Assembly (NCBI GenBank): GCA_964467905.1
Contig: CAYXSY010000003.1
Coordinates: 30,159-94,158 of the forward strand
From: an uncultured Planctomycetales bacterium
Lineage (GTDB): Bacteria > Omnitrophota > Gorgyraeia > Gygaellales > Profunditerraquicolaceae
DNA length: 64,000 nucleotides
Reading direction: 5' to 3'
Under the pieces are notes generated by a model, which was given only the letters and a program-made list of their open reading frames with translations, had not been told where the DNA came from and searched no databases. Shown one piece after another: positions 8,962 to 18,712 of the stretch; within the stretch, counting starts at the first letter, position 1, and every line of letters starts with the position of its first letter. The position numbers and the translations under genes were made by a program.

Positions 8962-10728
8962 ATGGATAATCGTATACCCGAAGACATTCTGGAAGATATT
9001 TTATCGCGTATTGATATAGTAGAATTAATTCAGGGCTACATTCCTCTGAAACGCGCAGGCAGGAATTTTAAGACAAATTGTCCGTTTCATCACGAGAAGA
9101 CCCCGTCTTTTATGGTTTCTCCAGACCGTCAGATTTATCATTGTTTTGGATGCGGGGAATCCGGGAATGCGTTTAAGTTCTTGATGCGTTACGACCGGAT
9201 GGAATTCCGGGAAGCGGTTGAAATTCTGGCAAAAAAAGCAGGTGTAATCTTACCGCAAATAACAGGAGAAGACCAGCAGGCAAATAATTTAAAGGAACAG
9301 CTTTATCAGATTAATGAATTGGCGGCTTCTTTTTATGCTAATTTGCTTCATTCTAAGGAAAGTTCTTCCATAAGAGAATACCTAATCAGGCGTGGGATTA
9401 AATATGAGACGGCAAAACAGTTCAAGCTGGGATTTGCCCCCGATAAGTGGGATGCTTTAATTAACCACATAAGATCTAAAGGCTATGATTTGCGTTCTCT
9501 TGATAGATCAGGCCTTATTATAGCAAAGGATAACGGAGGATATCACGACAGATTTCGTAACCGCGTAATTTATCCGATATTTGATATTAAATCACGCATA
9601 ATTGCTTTTGGTGCCAGAGTGCTGGATGATAGCCTGCCGAAGTATATTAATTCGCCCGAGACTCCGCTTTATATAAAGGGGAGGAACCTTTATGGATTTA
9701 ATTTAGCCAAAGATTCAATCCGGGAAAATGATTTTGCGGTTATCGTCGAAGGCTATATGGATTGCATTATCCCTTTTCAGTATGGCCTGCAGAATATAGT
9801 TGCTTCTTTAGGTACAGCGCTTACTTATGAGCAGACCAGGTTGATTAAAAGGTACACTCATAATGTAGTTGTTGTTTTTGATCCGGATGCAGCAGGGGAG
9901 GCAGCGACATTAAGGAGTCTTGATATCTTTGTCGAAGAAGGATTCTCTGTAAAGGTAGTTACTTTACCTAAGGGGTTTGACCCGGATTCATTTGTGAAAA
10001 GAAACGGGATTGATGAATTCAGGAAACGCATAGATTCGGCACAGAATCTATTTGACTATAAATTAAACCTGATGAAGTTACGCTATGGATACAAGAGCAT
10101 AGAATCTAAAGCCAGGATTGTTCAAGAGATGCTCCTGACAATTAACAGGTTCAAGAATGCGATTTTAAAGACTGAATATATAAAAAAACTTGCTCACGAG
10201 CTTGACTTAAGAGAGGAAGCTTTGATAGAAGAGCTAAATAAGATTAAGCCTGATAAAGCATCGGTCACCGTTAACTTTGATAATTCCGCTAAAGTTGTCA
10301 AGCAGGAGGCTAGCCCTACGGAAAGGCTTTTGGTTAAGCTGATGCTTGAAGAACAGAAAGTCGTATCTTGTGTTAAGGACAACCTTGAGCCTTCTGATTT
10401 TTGCGATGAACATGTATCAAAAATAGTTTCTTTGATATTTAATCTGATTGCAGACGGAAAAAATATTTCTCCAAGTAACTTCCTTAATTATCTCGACGAT
10501 GAACATTCCTTGAGGTTAATCTGCCAGAGCAGCCTTTCTGCGGATATCGCCGACGATGATAAAGAAAAGATTGCCATGGAATGTATAAGCCGGATGAAAA
10601 GCAAAAAGATAAAGCTTAAAAAACAGGATTTGCATAACAGGATCAAGATTGCCCAGAGCTCGGGCGATGAGGAAAGCTTGCACAGGTTAATGCACGAATT
10701 CCACCATTTAATAAAGGCAAACACATGA
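8962..10728 (+). CDS. dnaG: DNA primase
   Basis: 588 aa. Zinc-ribbon [11 protein letters not shown]...CFGCG. Toprim motifs EGYMDCI and VVFDPDAAG. Lies upstream of rpoD. Confidence 0.9.
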   Translation: MDNRIPEDILEDILSRIDIVELIQGYIPLKRAGRNFKTNCPFHHEKTPSFMVSPDRQIYHCFGCGESGNAFKFLMRYDRMEFREAVEILAKKAGVILPQITGEDQQANNLKEQLYQINELAASFYANLLHSKESSSIREYLIRRGIKYETAKQFKLGFAPDKWDALINHIRSKGYDLRSLDRSGLIIAKDNGGYHDRFRNRVIYPIFDIKSRIIAFGARVLDDSLPKYINSPETPLYIKGRNLYGFNLAKDSIRENDFAVIVEGYMDCIIPFQYGLQNIVASLGTALTYEQTRLIKRYTHNVVVVFDPDAAGEAATLRSLDIFVEEGFSVKVVTLPKGFDPDSFVKRNGIDEFRKRIDSAQNLFDYKLNLMKLRYGYKSIESKARIVQEMLLTINRFKNAILKTEYIKKLAHELDLREEALIEELNKIKPDKASVTVNFDNSAKVVKQEASPTERLLVKLMLEEQKVVSCVKDNLEPSDFCDEHVSKIVSLIFNLIADGKNISPSNFLNYLDDEHSLRLICQSSLSADIADDDKEKIAMECISRMKSKKIKLKKQDLHNRIKIAQSSGDEESLHRLMHEFHHLIKANT

Positions 10729-12287
10729 AAAACAATAAAAAGGCGGAGAGTCAGATGAAGAAAAAGGAATATACAAAAAAAGATGTTGAAAAGATTATAG
10801 CGTTGGGCAGGCAGAAAGGCTATCTGACTTATGATGAGGTAAACGATATGCTGCCTGAGGGCGTTTCTTCTTCCGAAGAAATAGATAAAATTTTTGATAT
10901 CTTAGGTAGCGAGGATATACAAATTGTCGAGTCTCAGGAGCAGAGAGAAACCGAGAAACAGGCTGCGCAGGCGGTTATAAAAGAAGATATGCTTAGTGAG
11001 CAGGCAAAGTTGGAAGAGCGCTTCTTGCCTTTGGATGACCCGGTTAAAATGTATTTGAAACAAATGGGCTCTATTTCTCTTTTATCCAGAGAAGATGAAA
11101 TAGATTTGGCGAAAAAGATAGAAGTGGCGGAGGAGAATTTTAAAAAGGCCAGTTTAGGCTCTAAATTTGTGCGTAAGGAAGTTATTTCAGTAGCCAACCA
11201 GATAATGGAAGAAACCTTCAGCCTTGAAGATGCGGTTAAAGAAGATATAAATATACGCCGAAATGCTGTGTTAAAGAGAATTAAGAAAATATTGCAGCGC
11301 CTGAAGAATACAAAAAGCGTGCTGAAATCTATCGAGCTGATACTGGAGTTCAATTTTGTGACTTCGATAATTGAAACTGCTGTACGTAAACAGAACCTTA
11401 TGATAAGAGAGCTTGATCATCTCGAGGCGCGTACTAAGCGTGCACGTTTAAGAAAGGCCCTGTTATTAAAGCAGCTGGGCGAGTCCTATAAAATAATGAA
11501 AGACCGCCTTAAGCTGATAAAATCCACGCATATAAAATTCAGTCGTGCCAAAAAGCGCCTTGTTGAAGCTAATTTGAGGCTTGTGGTAAGTATAGCTAAG
11601 AAATATACCAACAGGGGCCTATCGTTTTTAGACCTTATCCAAGAAGGTAATATAGGGTTGATGCGTGCGGTAGAAAAATTTGAATATGAAAGAGGCTATA
11701 AATTTTCTACTTATGCTACCTGGTGGATAAGGCAGGCGATAACTCGCTCTATTGCTGATCAGGCCCGTACCATAAGGATTCCGGTTCATATGACCGAGAC
11801 GATAAATAAGATTATACGGTTTTCGCGCATATTCGTGCAGCAACATGGGAGAGAGCCGAACCCCGAAGAGATAGCGCAGAAAATGAGACTTCCTCAGGAT
11901 AAGGTAAAATCAATACTCAAGATTGCCCAGGAACCGATATCTTTACAGACTCCTATAGGTGATGAAGGAGATACGCATTTCGGAGATTTTATCCAGGATA
12001 GGAAGGCTATTTCTCCGGCGAATGCCACAGTAAGAACCATGCTTAAGGAAGAGATGGATAGCACCCTTTCTACCTTAACAGACAGAGAAAGAAAAATACT
12101 TATGCTGCGTTTTGGTATAAGTGACGGCAGCGCAAGGACCCTTGAAGAAGTGGGAAACATTTTTGACGTAACCAGAGAAAGGGTCCGTCAGATAGAAGCC
12201 AAAGCCCTTAAAAAACTAAGGCATCCTACGCGCTCAAGAAGACTGCGTGCCTTTTTGGATATAACCTTAGCGCATCAAAGAGAATAG
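10725..12287 (+). CDS. rpoD: RNA polymerase primary sigma factor sigma-70
   Basis: 520 aa. Region 2 matches YLREIGKV-like/[19 protein letters not shown]. Region 4 is a match. dnaG-rpoD coupling with 4-nt overlap. Confidence 0.9.
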   Translation: MKNNKKAESQMKKKEYTKKDVEKIIALGRQKGYLTYDEVNDMLPEGVSSSEEIDKIFDILGSEDIQIVESQEQRETEKQAAQAVIKEDMLSEQAKLEERFLPLDDPVKMYLKQMGSISLLSREDEIDLAKKIEVAEENFKKASLGSKFVRKEVISVANQIMEETFSLEDAVKEDINIRRNAVLKRIKKILQRLKNTKSVLKSIELILEFNFVTSIIETAVRKQNLMIRELDHLEARTKRARLRKALLLKQLGESYKIMKDRLKLIKSTHIKFSRAKKRLVEANLRLVVSIAKKYTNRGLSFLDLIQEGNIGLMRAVEKFEYERGYKFSTYATWWIRQAITRSIADQARTIRIPVHMTETINKIIRFSRIFVQQHGREPNPEEIAQKMRLPQDKVKSILKIAQEPISLQTPIGDEGDTHFGDFIQDRKAISPANATVRTMLKEEMDSTLSTLTDRERKILMLRFGISDGSARTLEEVGNIFDVTRERVRQIEAKALKKLRHPTRSRRLRAFLDITLAHQRE

Positions 12288-12395
12288 TCAATTTTGAATA
12301 GGCCAGCCGAAGATTTTGATTTTTTATCTTGCCAAACATCCTATCTCATAGTAATATATATTACTTAGGTCTCTTTTGTCTATAAAAGCTTGCCA

Positions 12396-12434
12396 GGGCC
12401 CATAGCTCAGCGGTAGAGCAGGTGACTCATAATC
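12396..12434 (+). repeat. attL: 39-nt exact copy of the 5' part of tRNA-Met (acceptor 5' strand through the anticodon loop)
   Basis: GGGCCCATAGCTCAGCGGTAGAGCAGGTGACTCATAATC is identical to 22441-22479. The sequence then diverges, with no T-arm. Confidence 0.75.
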
Positions 12435-12553
12435 GAAAAAGGATGGTTTTCATAACTCCTTGGAATTCTTGCAGCTATGGCTTTGCTCGTCGAGATAAGG
12501 CATTTTCGCACTTCTTCTTATCTGGATGAAGTTGTGCGAATTTGGATGCTGAC

Positions 12554-12574
12554 TGGACACTATTTGGACACCAG
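12554..12574 (+). repeat. 21-bp repeat TGGACACTATTTGGACACCAG (itself a doublet of TGGACAC); second copy at 22346-22366
   Basis: Exact 21-mer located ~120 bp inside attL and ~75 bp inside attR (within the int 3' end). Candidate integrase arm-type sites. Confidence 0.5.
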
Positions 12575-12585
12575 TCGGTCTTGAA

Positions 12586-12807
12586 ATGGGGCCAAAAATA
12601 TGGTATATTTTAGGTGGACAAAAGACGATTTCCGTTGAACAGAAACGCTTACTTAAGGTACTTTCCGCTTTCCCTGTCAGCCCAACCTCAAAGAATAATA
12701 GAGGCATCAAAAAAACAGAATGGGTTAAAATCGACAAGAAGACTTATGATGCCTGTATCGATCCTACCGATTACCGCACTCCCAAGATAACAGAAAACCT
12801 GAAATAA
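12586..12807 (+). CDS. hypothetical protein (element-encoded)
   Basis: 73-aa ORF with no recognisable motif. Confidence 0.3.
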   Translation: MGPKIWYILGGQKTISVEQKRLLKVLSAFPVSPTSKNNRGIKKTEWVKIDKKTYDACIDPTDYRTPKITENLK

Positions 12808-12814
12808 TAGTCCT

Positions 12815-12848
12815 TGACAATATACATACTATACAGTATACTATGTAT
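12815..12848 (+). promoter_or_regulatory. promoter (TTGACA-16-TATACT) overlapped by a 13+1+13 near-perfect palindrome (ATACATACTATAC A GTATACTATGTAT) = candidate operator
   Basis: -35 hexamer at 12815-12820. Palindrome at 12822-12848 has one mismatch. Lies directly upstream of the MerR-like gene RBS AAGGAGGT. Confidence 0.5.
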
Positions 12849-12867
12849 AGTTAAGGAGGTGATTGCC

Positions 12868-13242
12868 TTGTGCCCATTACGTAATTTTTTAACATCAGCC
12901 GATGTGGCAAAAGCGCTTAAGGTTCCGAAAACTAATTTATTTCTTTGGGAAGAAAAGGGCAGGATTCCGAAAGCACGCAGAGATCCTGTAAGTGGATACC
13001 GCGTATACACAGAAGAAGATATCATTAAGATAAAAAAAGTAATAGAAGGAGGGGATATGGGAGGGTTGACTAGCTGGGTTAAAGCAGGTGAAGTTAGTTC
13101 TGAGGCATGGAAGTATATTAAATCTAGGTTCCCGGGTAAGTATTCAAAGTTGAAGAGAGATATTAAAGCTTGGGGAATCGATAAGGTTAAAATTGAATTT
13201 GCTCAAGGAGTAAGGCCGGTACAGATATCAATATCTTTATAA
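12868..13242 (+). CDS. MerR-family HTH transcriptional regulator (excisionase/Xis-like fold)
   Basis: HTH segment LTSADVAKALKVPKTNLFLWEEKGRIPKARRDPVSGYRVYTEEDIIKIKKV matches the MerR N-domain pattern. A TTG start 7 nt after the RBS AAGGAGGT is preferred over the annotated ATG at 12814. Confidence 0.55.
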   Translation: MCPLRNFLTSADVAKALKVPKTNLFLWEEKGRIPKARRDPVSGYRVYTEEDIIKIKKVIEGGDMGGLTSWVKAGEVSSEAWKYIKSRFPGKYSKLKRDIKAWGIDKVKIEFAQGVRPVQISISL

Positions 13243-13286
13243 ATGCTTCAACAAAAGCGCCAAGAAAATAGCATAAAGGAGGCAGA

Positions 13287-13487
13287 ATGAAGAATAGTAA
13301 TGCAGAAACACGATTAAAGAAACGTAACGAAAAAATTAAGAGGAGCGCATTAGCCGATTTGAATACTCTGAGAAAGTTATCAGAGGAGAAAGGGGTGTCT
13401 CTTTCTGATGCAATAGAGAAAGCAGGATCTGTTGAGCAGGCAATTCTTAATCTTTTGGACACGGGCGACCCGGGCAAGCGGGGGTAA
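13287..13487 (+). CDS. small hypothetical protein (element-encoded)
   Basis: 66-aa ORF preceded by an AAGGAGG RBS. Charged and helical. Confidence 0.35.
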   Translation: MKNSNAETRLKKRNEKIKRSALADLNTLRKLSEEKGVSLSDAIEKAGSVEQAILNLLDTGDPGKRG

Positions 13488-13652
13488 GTAAAGTTTTTGA
13501 GAATTGACATTTTTTAAAAAAAACTTGACAGAAATCCTTTTTTATGGTAGTTTAAAGACGATGCTAAAATTAGCATTAGTGGCAGAGGGATGAGCAGGCC
13601 CTAATCAAAAAGCTACTACCTCTTAAAACAAAGCATTTGCAACAGGACCTTA

Positions 13653-13682
13653 AGAGAGATCGATAAGAGATCTCTCTTTTTT
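13653..13682 (+). terminator. intrinsic terminator (GAGAGATC-loop-GATCTCTC + T-run)
   Basis: Perfect 8-bp stem followed by TTTTTT. Confidence 0.6.
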
Positions 13683-13688
13683 ATTTTC

Positions 13689-13721
13689 GGCGAGTTCTCA
13701 AAAAGGAACTCGCCTTTTTTT
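13689..13721 (+). terminator. second tandem intrinsic terminator (GGCGAGTTC-loop-GAACTCGCC + T7)
   Basis: Perfect 9-bp stem followed by TTTTTTT. Confidence 0.65.
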
Positions 13722-13726
13722 GTGCT

Positions 13727-13945
13727 ATGAGAATAAATGAAAAAACAATAAAACAGGTTCTACGAGACCGAGGACTAAGGCAGCAGGATTTTGCTAAAGC
13801 AATTGCTATCAGTCCGGAGTTTTTTTCACGGTTAGTTAAAAACCGCGTGACGTTGACGTTTAATATGGGCTTGAAAATTTCGCAAGCTCTAGCTGTCAAG
13901 CCGGATAAGATTATCCAAACTAAAGACGGAGGAATGCATGTTTGA
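13727..13945 (+). CDS. XRE/Cro-family HTH regulator
   Basis: 72 aa. HTH segment QQDFAKAIAISPEFFSRLVKNRVTLTFNMGLKISQAL. Confidence 0.6.
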   Translation: MRINEKTIKQVLRDRGLRQQDFAKAIAISPEFFSRLVKNRVTLTFNMGLKISQALAVKPDKIIQTKDGGMHV

Positions 13946-15461
13946 TGCAGGGGCGGTGGTAGCAAAACTCACTTTAGACAGATCTGATTTTGAAAAATCT
14001 CTCCAATCTATCACCAATGCGACAGCGCGCATTGGGAAAAGCTTCCAGAAGGTTGGGCAGGATATCCAGCAAGTCTCGAGACAACTATCCGTTGTCGCGC
14101 GTAACACAGCTTTCTTCGGTACAGCAATAACAGGAGGTTTGGTCGCAGCGTTTAAGAGTGCAGAGAAATATTCTAACTCCGTGCGTCAGGAAATGGAGCG
14201 GCTTAATAATATTTTTATCGCCTTTAGGGTTTCTATCGCAGAAGCGCTTCTGCCGGTTATGCATAGGTTAAGCAATGTTCTGGCAGACCTGTTGAATAGG
14301 TGGAATGCGCTTAGTCCTCAGATGAGGGAAGCAATCCTGCGTATGACTTTTATGTCTGGGGTAGTTCTATTATTGGGAGGCACAATCGCGGGGGTGGTAT
14401 TAAAGATTTGGCAGATGATCGGGGCATTAGGGGGGCTGTTAGGTAGGTTGTTGACTTTTGCAAGTGTCCATCCGGTGATCTTGGGGATTACGGCTGGAAT
14501 TATCGCTTTAGGATATGCTATCACAAAATTTAATTTAGCGGTGCCGATACTTAATGCCGTTGAAATAGCTACTACTTCTCTGGCGATTGCCATAAATCAG
14601 CTGATGATCTCGGTCCTAAGTGCTGTCAAGATAGGCCTTCAATCGGTTGATTATCTTGGAATTATTACTGGGAAGATTCAGAAATATGCTATCGATACCA
14701 TGAATACCCTGCAAGAATTAAATACCCAATATTGGGTGCAGATACAGAATATATTTAAAAACGGTAAAGGCATTTTTGCTCAAGGTTATAATGATTTAAA
14801 GGAAACGATAGATAGCATAGTAGGTTTATTCAGGGATTTGGGCAATATTGAGATCAGGATCCCGCAGATCATGGAGAGCATAAGGACATTCAGTGAGGGG
14901 TTGCGGGATGGCCTTAATAAGTCGATACGGTCCCTTATGGACTGGGGAACGACTGCGGAGAATATCGTTGTAGGAGTGGTGAATAATATGCGGAATATGT
15001 TTAGCGATTTCTTTTATAACGTGTTTAAGGGTCAGCTTGATGATGCGATGGATGTTTTCGCGGAATTCGGTAATTATATCCTTAAAACAATAGCGCAGAT
15101 AATTGCTGATATCATTGTGTTGAAGATAGCCGCTGGTTTTGGCAATCTCTTCGCTCCGACGGCTAATATCGCTAATATGGGAAAAGTCCTCATTGCGCCT
15201 GCAGGATATGCCGGTTTTGCCGAAGGGACAGATCGTGTCCCTTATACCGGAATGTATAAGGTTCACGAAGGAGAAAAGGTAATTCCAAAATACGACGCAT
15301 CGAAAGAGCAGGTAATTCAGCTAGAGATTGTTAATTTATTTGGCGATGATATTGTTGCGGCTTCTTTGCAAAGAAGAAAGTCGGCAGCTGCTATTATAAA
15401 TGTGGTGAATCAAGATTCATTACGCAATGGCATTATTCGAAGAGAGGTAAAACACAGATGA
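13938..15461 (+). CDS. phage tail tape-measure-like protein (short, 507 aa)
   Basis: N-terminal tape-measure-like region (IGKSFQKVGQDIQQVS...TAITGGLVAAFKSAEKYSNSVRQEME). Central hydrophobic/glycine-rich segments are typical of TMPs. Confidence 0.5.
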   Translation: MFDAGAVVAKLTLDRSDFEKSLQSITNATARIGKSFQKVGQDIQQVSRQLSVVARNTAFFGTAITGGLVAAFKSAEKYSNSVRQEMERLNNIFIAFRVSIAEALLPVMHRLSNVLADLLNRWNALSPQMREAILRMTFMSGVVLLLGGTIAGVVLKIWQMIGALGGLLGRLLTFASVHPVILGITAGIIALGYAITKFNLAVPILNAVEIATTSLAIAINQLMISVLSAVKIGLQSVDYLGIITGKIQKYAIDTMNTLQELNTQYWVQIQNIFKNGKGIFAQGYNDLKETIDSIVGLFRDLGNIEIRIPQIMESIRTFSEGLRDGLNKSIRSLMDWGTTAENIVVGVVNNMRNMFSDFFYNVFKGQLDDAMDVFAEFGNYILKTIAQIIADIIVLKIAAGFGNLFAPTANIANMGKVLIAPAGYAGFAEGTDRVPYTGMYKVHEGEKVIPKYDASKEQVIQLEIVNLFGDDIVAASLQRRKSAAAIINVVNQDSLRNGIIRREVKHR

Positions 15462-15799
15462 GTGAATTCTTCCCCGGTATTATAGAGCCGAAAGAGATAG
15501 TCCTGCCCGATTTTAAGAATCACGAGGAGGTTGCGCGATTTATTATCGATTTGCTTAATAAGGATCGCGAAGGATTAAATCAGGCAATGAAGCTGCTCTA
15601 TGAAGGTTATTATAAGCAATTTTATACGATAGTCGCTTTTTTGACTAATTTGTGTCCGTTGGTTGATGTTAGTTTCCAGAAGATTTGGAAAGAATCAGAG
15701 GATTATGTTGAGAAGAATTGGGATTATCTAAAGCAGCTAGAGCTTGATGCGCGCGAGATGAAGAAAAAAGTAAATGACCTTTTTAAAGGCAAACAATGA
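15458..15799 (+). CDS. hypothetical protein (element-encoded)
   Basis: 113-aa ORF, translationally coupled (ATGA overlap). Confidence 0.35.
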   Translation: MSEFFPGIIEPKEIVLPDFKNHEEVARFIIDLLNKDREGLNQAMKLLYEGYYKQFYTIVAFLTNLCPLVDVSFQKIWKESEDYVEKNWDYLKQLELDAREMKKKVNDLFKGKQ

Positions 15800-16248
15800 G
15801 AACTGAATTCAAAATTGATTTTAGCGATTTTCAGAGGCGCATGCGGAAGTTGTCCAGAGAGGTTATGCCTGAAGCTGCCGAAGCCGGTGTGGCCCGCGCC
15901 GGCCTGCAGCTGCTTAACGATTCTGTTATGGAGCGCCCTACAGTTCCGATAAGGGAAGGTTGGTTAAGGGGTTCTGGAAGCGTGTTTGTTCAGAATAGTC
16001 TTATAGCAGTGTCTAGCTACGGAAAGCCAGGTAAAGCGAATTTGGATCTCTCGGAATACATCCCCCCGGATATGATAGTGGCTTATGTGGGGTTTAATAC
16101 GCCGTATGCCGCCCGTTTGCACGAGTCAATGGATTTTCATTTCCGGGAGCCGAGTTCAGGGCCCAAATTTCTCGAAAGCAAATTATTGCGGAACAAAGAG
16201 GCTTATGGCGAGATTATCGCGAATACAATTAAGGAGAGGCTAAGTTAA
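15796..16248 (+). CDS. HK97-gp10-like head-tail/tail-component protein (tentative)
   Basis: 150 aa. Pattern FKIDFSDF...PEAAEAGVARAGLQLLNDSVMERPTVPIREGWLRGSG resembles the gp10-family signature (F.ID..., then PV.TG.L..S). Confidence 0.4.
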   Translation: MRTEFKIDFSDFQRRMRKLSREVMPEAAEAGVARAGLQLLNDSVMERPTVPIREGWLRGSGSVFVQNSLIAVSSYGKPGKANLDLSEYIPPDMIVAYVGFNTPYAARLHESMDFHFREPSSGPKFLESKLLRNKEAYGEIIANTIKERLS

Positions 16249-16373
16249 GGGAGGATATAAGAATAAACGTGTCCGATATTGATTTAATGAACATCTTGAG
16301 AAAACGCCAAGGGCTTACAATCCAAAAGAATTGCTTTGGTCTTAGGCGTTCCTAAAAAGGTTATTTTTACAGA

Positions 16374-16649
16374 ATGATTGAAACGTTTGCGTTGACACAT
16401 ATTGAGGACACATTGATCCAGTTTGAAACCGGATTTGATTATGATCTCTGGACTACAAAGCAGATTCGGAAATATACCGGCTTGAAATATCAATTTCTCC
16501 ACTCACTTTGGAAACGTGGGGTCATCAGTTATCCTGAGCGGAAAATAGGCGGGAATTTAGTTTGGACGCCGATAGAAGTATACGAGATGTTAATGCAGGT
16601 AAAAAACTACATTAGAAAGAAAATCGGTCACTATGGATATTACAGTTAA
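16374..16649 (+). CDS. hypothetical protein, possible DNA-binding (element-encoded)
   Basis: 91-aa ORF immediately upstream of, and overlapping, the replication gene. Confidence 0.3.
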   Translation: MIETFALTHIEDTLIQFETGFDYDLWTTKQIRKYTGLKYQFLHSLWKRGVISYPERKIGGNLVWTPIEVYEMLMQVKNYIRKKIGHYGYYS

Positions 16650-18270
16650 GCATTTGCAGGAGTTTGAAAAGTCAGGGATCTCCGCTGAATTTGCCGCTAA
16701 ATATTTCCGTTCCCTTACCCAGGAAGAGGCCTCAAAAAAATATAGCTCACCATGTCCCGGATGGGAAGTGCTATATCCGCAATCCAATTACTCGAAATTT
16801 AAACCCGATAATCCAAGAAACAAGTCGCAGAAATACATCAACCCTAAAGGTGTGCCTCTTGATTTGCTAATTACTTTTAAAGCCCAGGAAGCCCTTAATA
16901 ACATAAATATATCGATATTTCTCATTGAGGGGGAAAAAAAAACAGTTTCTGCTGAGGAAAATTTTGGATGGGCCGCAATCGGACTGCCGGGAGTAAATGG
17001 CCAGCCGGAAGACAAACTTGCTTCTTTGAATTTTGCCGGGCGCATTTGCTATATTTGCTTTGACGCGGATAAGAATAAAAAACAATACAAGAAATCTCCT
17101 GTTATCGATGCAGAAGCGCGCCTGGCCCGGGCACTCACTTTGAAGGGCGCTAAAGTCAAGATTATCAACCTTGAAAAGAGCTTCGGCAATGGTCTTGATG
17201 ATCAAATTGTAAAGTTTAAAGCCGATGGAAACCTTAATGACCTGAAAAACCGGCTCTTGAAACAAGCTGTTGATTTCGCTCCTGAGCCCTTGCCTTTATC
17301 CTTAACAGAATTTTTGAAGAAAGATATCCCACCTATTGAATATTACGTGCAGGGCATCTTGCAAAAAGGCGGCAGGACCATGATCAGCGCTCCGACAAAT
17401 ATCGGAAAATCATTCTTCCTGCAAAACTTGGCTTTGGCCGTTGCATCCGGGAACGCAGATTTTCTCGGGAAGTTTAAGGTCAGTCCTGCTTCAGTGCTTT
17501 ATCTGGATATGGAAATGGGCGAGCCAGCGCTTAAAGAACGCTTTACGCGCATGATAGGGGAGAATACAGCTGATAACCTTTTTGTACAATATGCCTGCGG
17601 GCTAGATCTGCTTGAAAATGAGTCCCAGTTCAAAGTTGAATTTTGGCTCCAGAATCGTAGGCCGGATATTTTAATTATCGATTCCATTGGTGATGCTTGG
17701 ACTGGAGACGAAAACGACAAGCAGGAAGTCGCTAAGCTCGAGAAATATCTTAATTATATTAAGGACAAGTTTAAAATATCTATTATATTCTCACATCATT
17801 GGCGTAAGGCCTCAAAAGAGAATAACCGGGGCCCGGAAATGGCCGCAGGAAGCTATAAAATCGGCGCCTGGGTTGAAAATCAGCTATCATTGCAAGGCGC
17901 TGATTGTAAGAGCGTAACTCTTACCTGGGAGAAAGCGAGAAACGCACTTAAGCCGCCACCTATTCTGATCGGCTTGGATCCGGATACTCTTTGTTTCAAG
18001 TACATAGGGGACTATGAATCAAAATTCAGTGAGGATATGCTGGAAAAGGTTTTTGTGGCTTATGGCCAGGAAGAAGCTCCGCTTTCAAAGCTTGTGGAAT
18101 TAGCGGACGAAATGGCAGAACGCAAGGAATTGCCTGTTAAAGGCCGGAGTATAAGGGGATATTTCATGGAGAAGACCCAGAGATTTGAGGTTTGGCAGAA
18201 AGAAAACAAACCTAAAGCGCCCTGGTTTGTCAAAAGAAAAGGATTAAATACCGAAAATGAGCTTTTCTAA
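16633..18270 (+). CDS. primase-helicase-type replication protein (Toprim-like N-domain + RecA-like P-loop domain, AAA_25/RepA-like)
   Basis: Toprim-like segment FLIEGEKKTVSAEENFGWAAIGLPGVNG...CFDAD. P-loop ISAPTNIGKSFFLQNLALAVASG. Walker B LYLDMEMG. Confidence 0.6.
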   Translation: MDITVKHLQEFEKSGISAEFAAKYFRSLTQEEASKKYSSPCPGWEVLYPQSNYSKFKPDNPRNKSQKYINPKGVPLDLLITFKAQEALNNINISIFLIEGEKKTVSAEENFGWAAIGLPGVNGQPEDKLASLNFAGRICYICFDADKNKKQYKKSPVIDAEARLARALTLKGAKVKIINLEKSFGNGLDDQIVKFKADGNLNDLKNRLLKQAVDFAPEPLPLSLTEFLKKDIPPIEYYVQGILQKGGRTMISAPTNIGKSFFLQNLALAVASGNADFLGKFKVSPASVLYLDMEMGEPALKERFTRMIGENTADNLFVQYACGLDLLENESQFKVEFWLQNRRPDILIIDSIGDAWTGDENDKQEVAKLEKYLNYIKDKFKISIIFSHHWRKASKENNRGPEMAAGSYKIGAWVENQLSLQGADCKSVTLTWEKARNALKPPPILIGLDPDTLCFKYIGDYESKFSEDMLEKVFVAYGQEEAPLSKLVELADEMAERKELPVKGRSIRGYFMEKTQRFEVWQKENKPKAPWFVKRKGLNTENELF

Positions 18271-18495
18271 CATTGCAAAAGGGATATATGTAAGGGTTTT
18301 AAGTATAGAGAGGGCTATCTTTGAAAGCATTGCAAAAGGGATATCTTCAAAGATTCCCCTGCAAGCCTCCGAAAGCGCTCTTAAAGCAGCCGCCAAAGGC
18401 GGCTTTAGCGCTAAGGAACTGATTGCATTGAACGATTGCAAAGTATATATAATGCAATGCAAGGGTTTTGCAATACCTTTGCAATGCTTGGGGCT
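18271..18495 (+). repeat. iteron-like array: 17-bp exact direct repeat CATTGCAAAAGGGATAT (18271-18287 and 18328-18344) plus at least 5 further TTGCAA/TGCAAT-core copies and a GC-rich palindrome; candidate replication origin
   Basis: Read directly from sequence. Lies immediately 3' of the primase-helicase gene. The annotated ORFs across it are low-complexity. Confidence 0.55.
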
Positions 18496-18712
18496 ACCCA
18501 GGGAAGACAAAATGATACGCTTGTTGCAACAGGGGGGAAGACAATGTTTATCTTTGACCCGGTTTTGGAGTACTCAAGGCACTCGGGAAATATGCGGTTA
18601 ATGAAAGTGAGTTTGTGAGTATGTACTCAATAATGCAAGGGATGTCTCGTCGATGAAGAAAAGTGAAATGACCAAGTAAGTTAACATAATACTCACTACA
18701 GGAAGTTGCACT

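Noticed and set aside
12396-12480. A second complete tRNA-Met gene at the left junction
   Set aside because: Only the first 39 nt match. No T-arm or acceptor 3' strand follows, so it is an att repeat and not a gene.
16300-16377. Short HTH-like peptide fragment (…RIALVLGVPKKVIFTE) upstream of the 91-aa ORF, possibly a frameshifted regulator
   Set aside because: Only ~25 codons with no start codon. Cannot distinguish a remnant from chance.
18257-18618. Two overlapping + strand ORFs (114 aa and 60 aa) across the TTGCAA repeat region
   Set aside because: Translations are repeat-driven low-complexity (IAKGI... twice). The region is better explained as an iteron/origin array.
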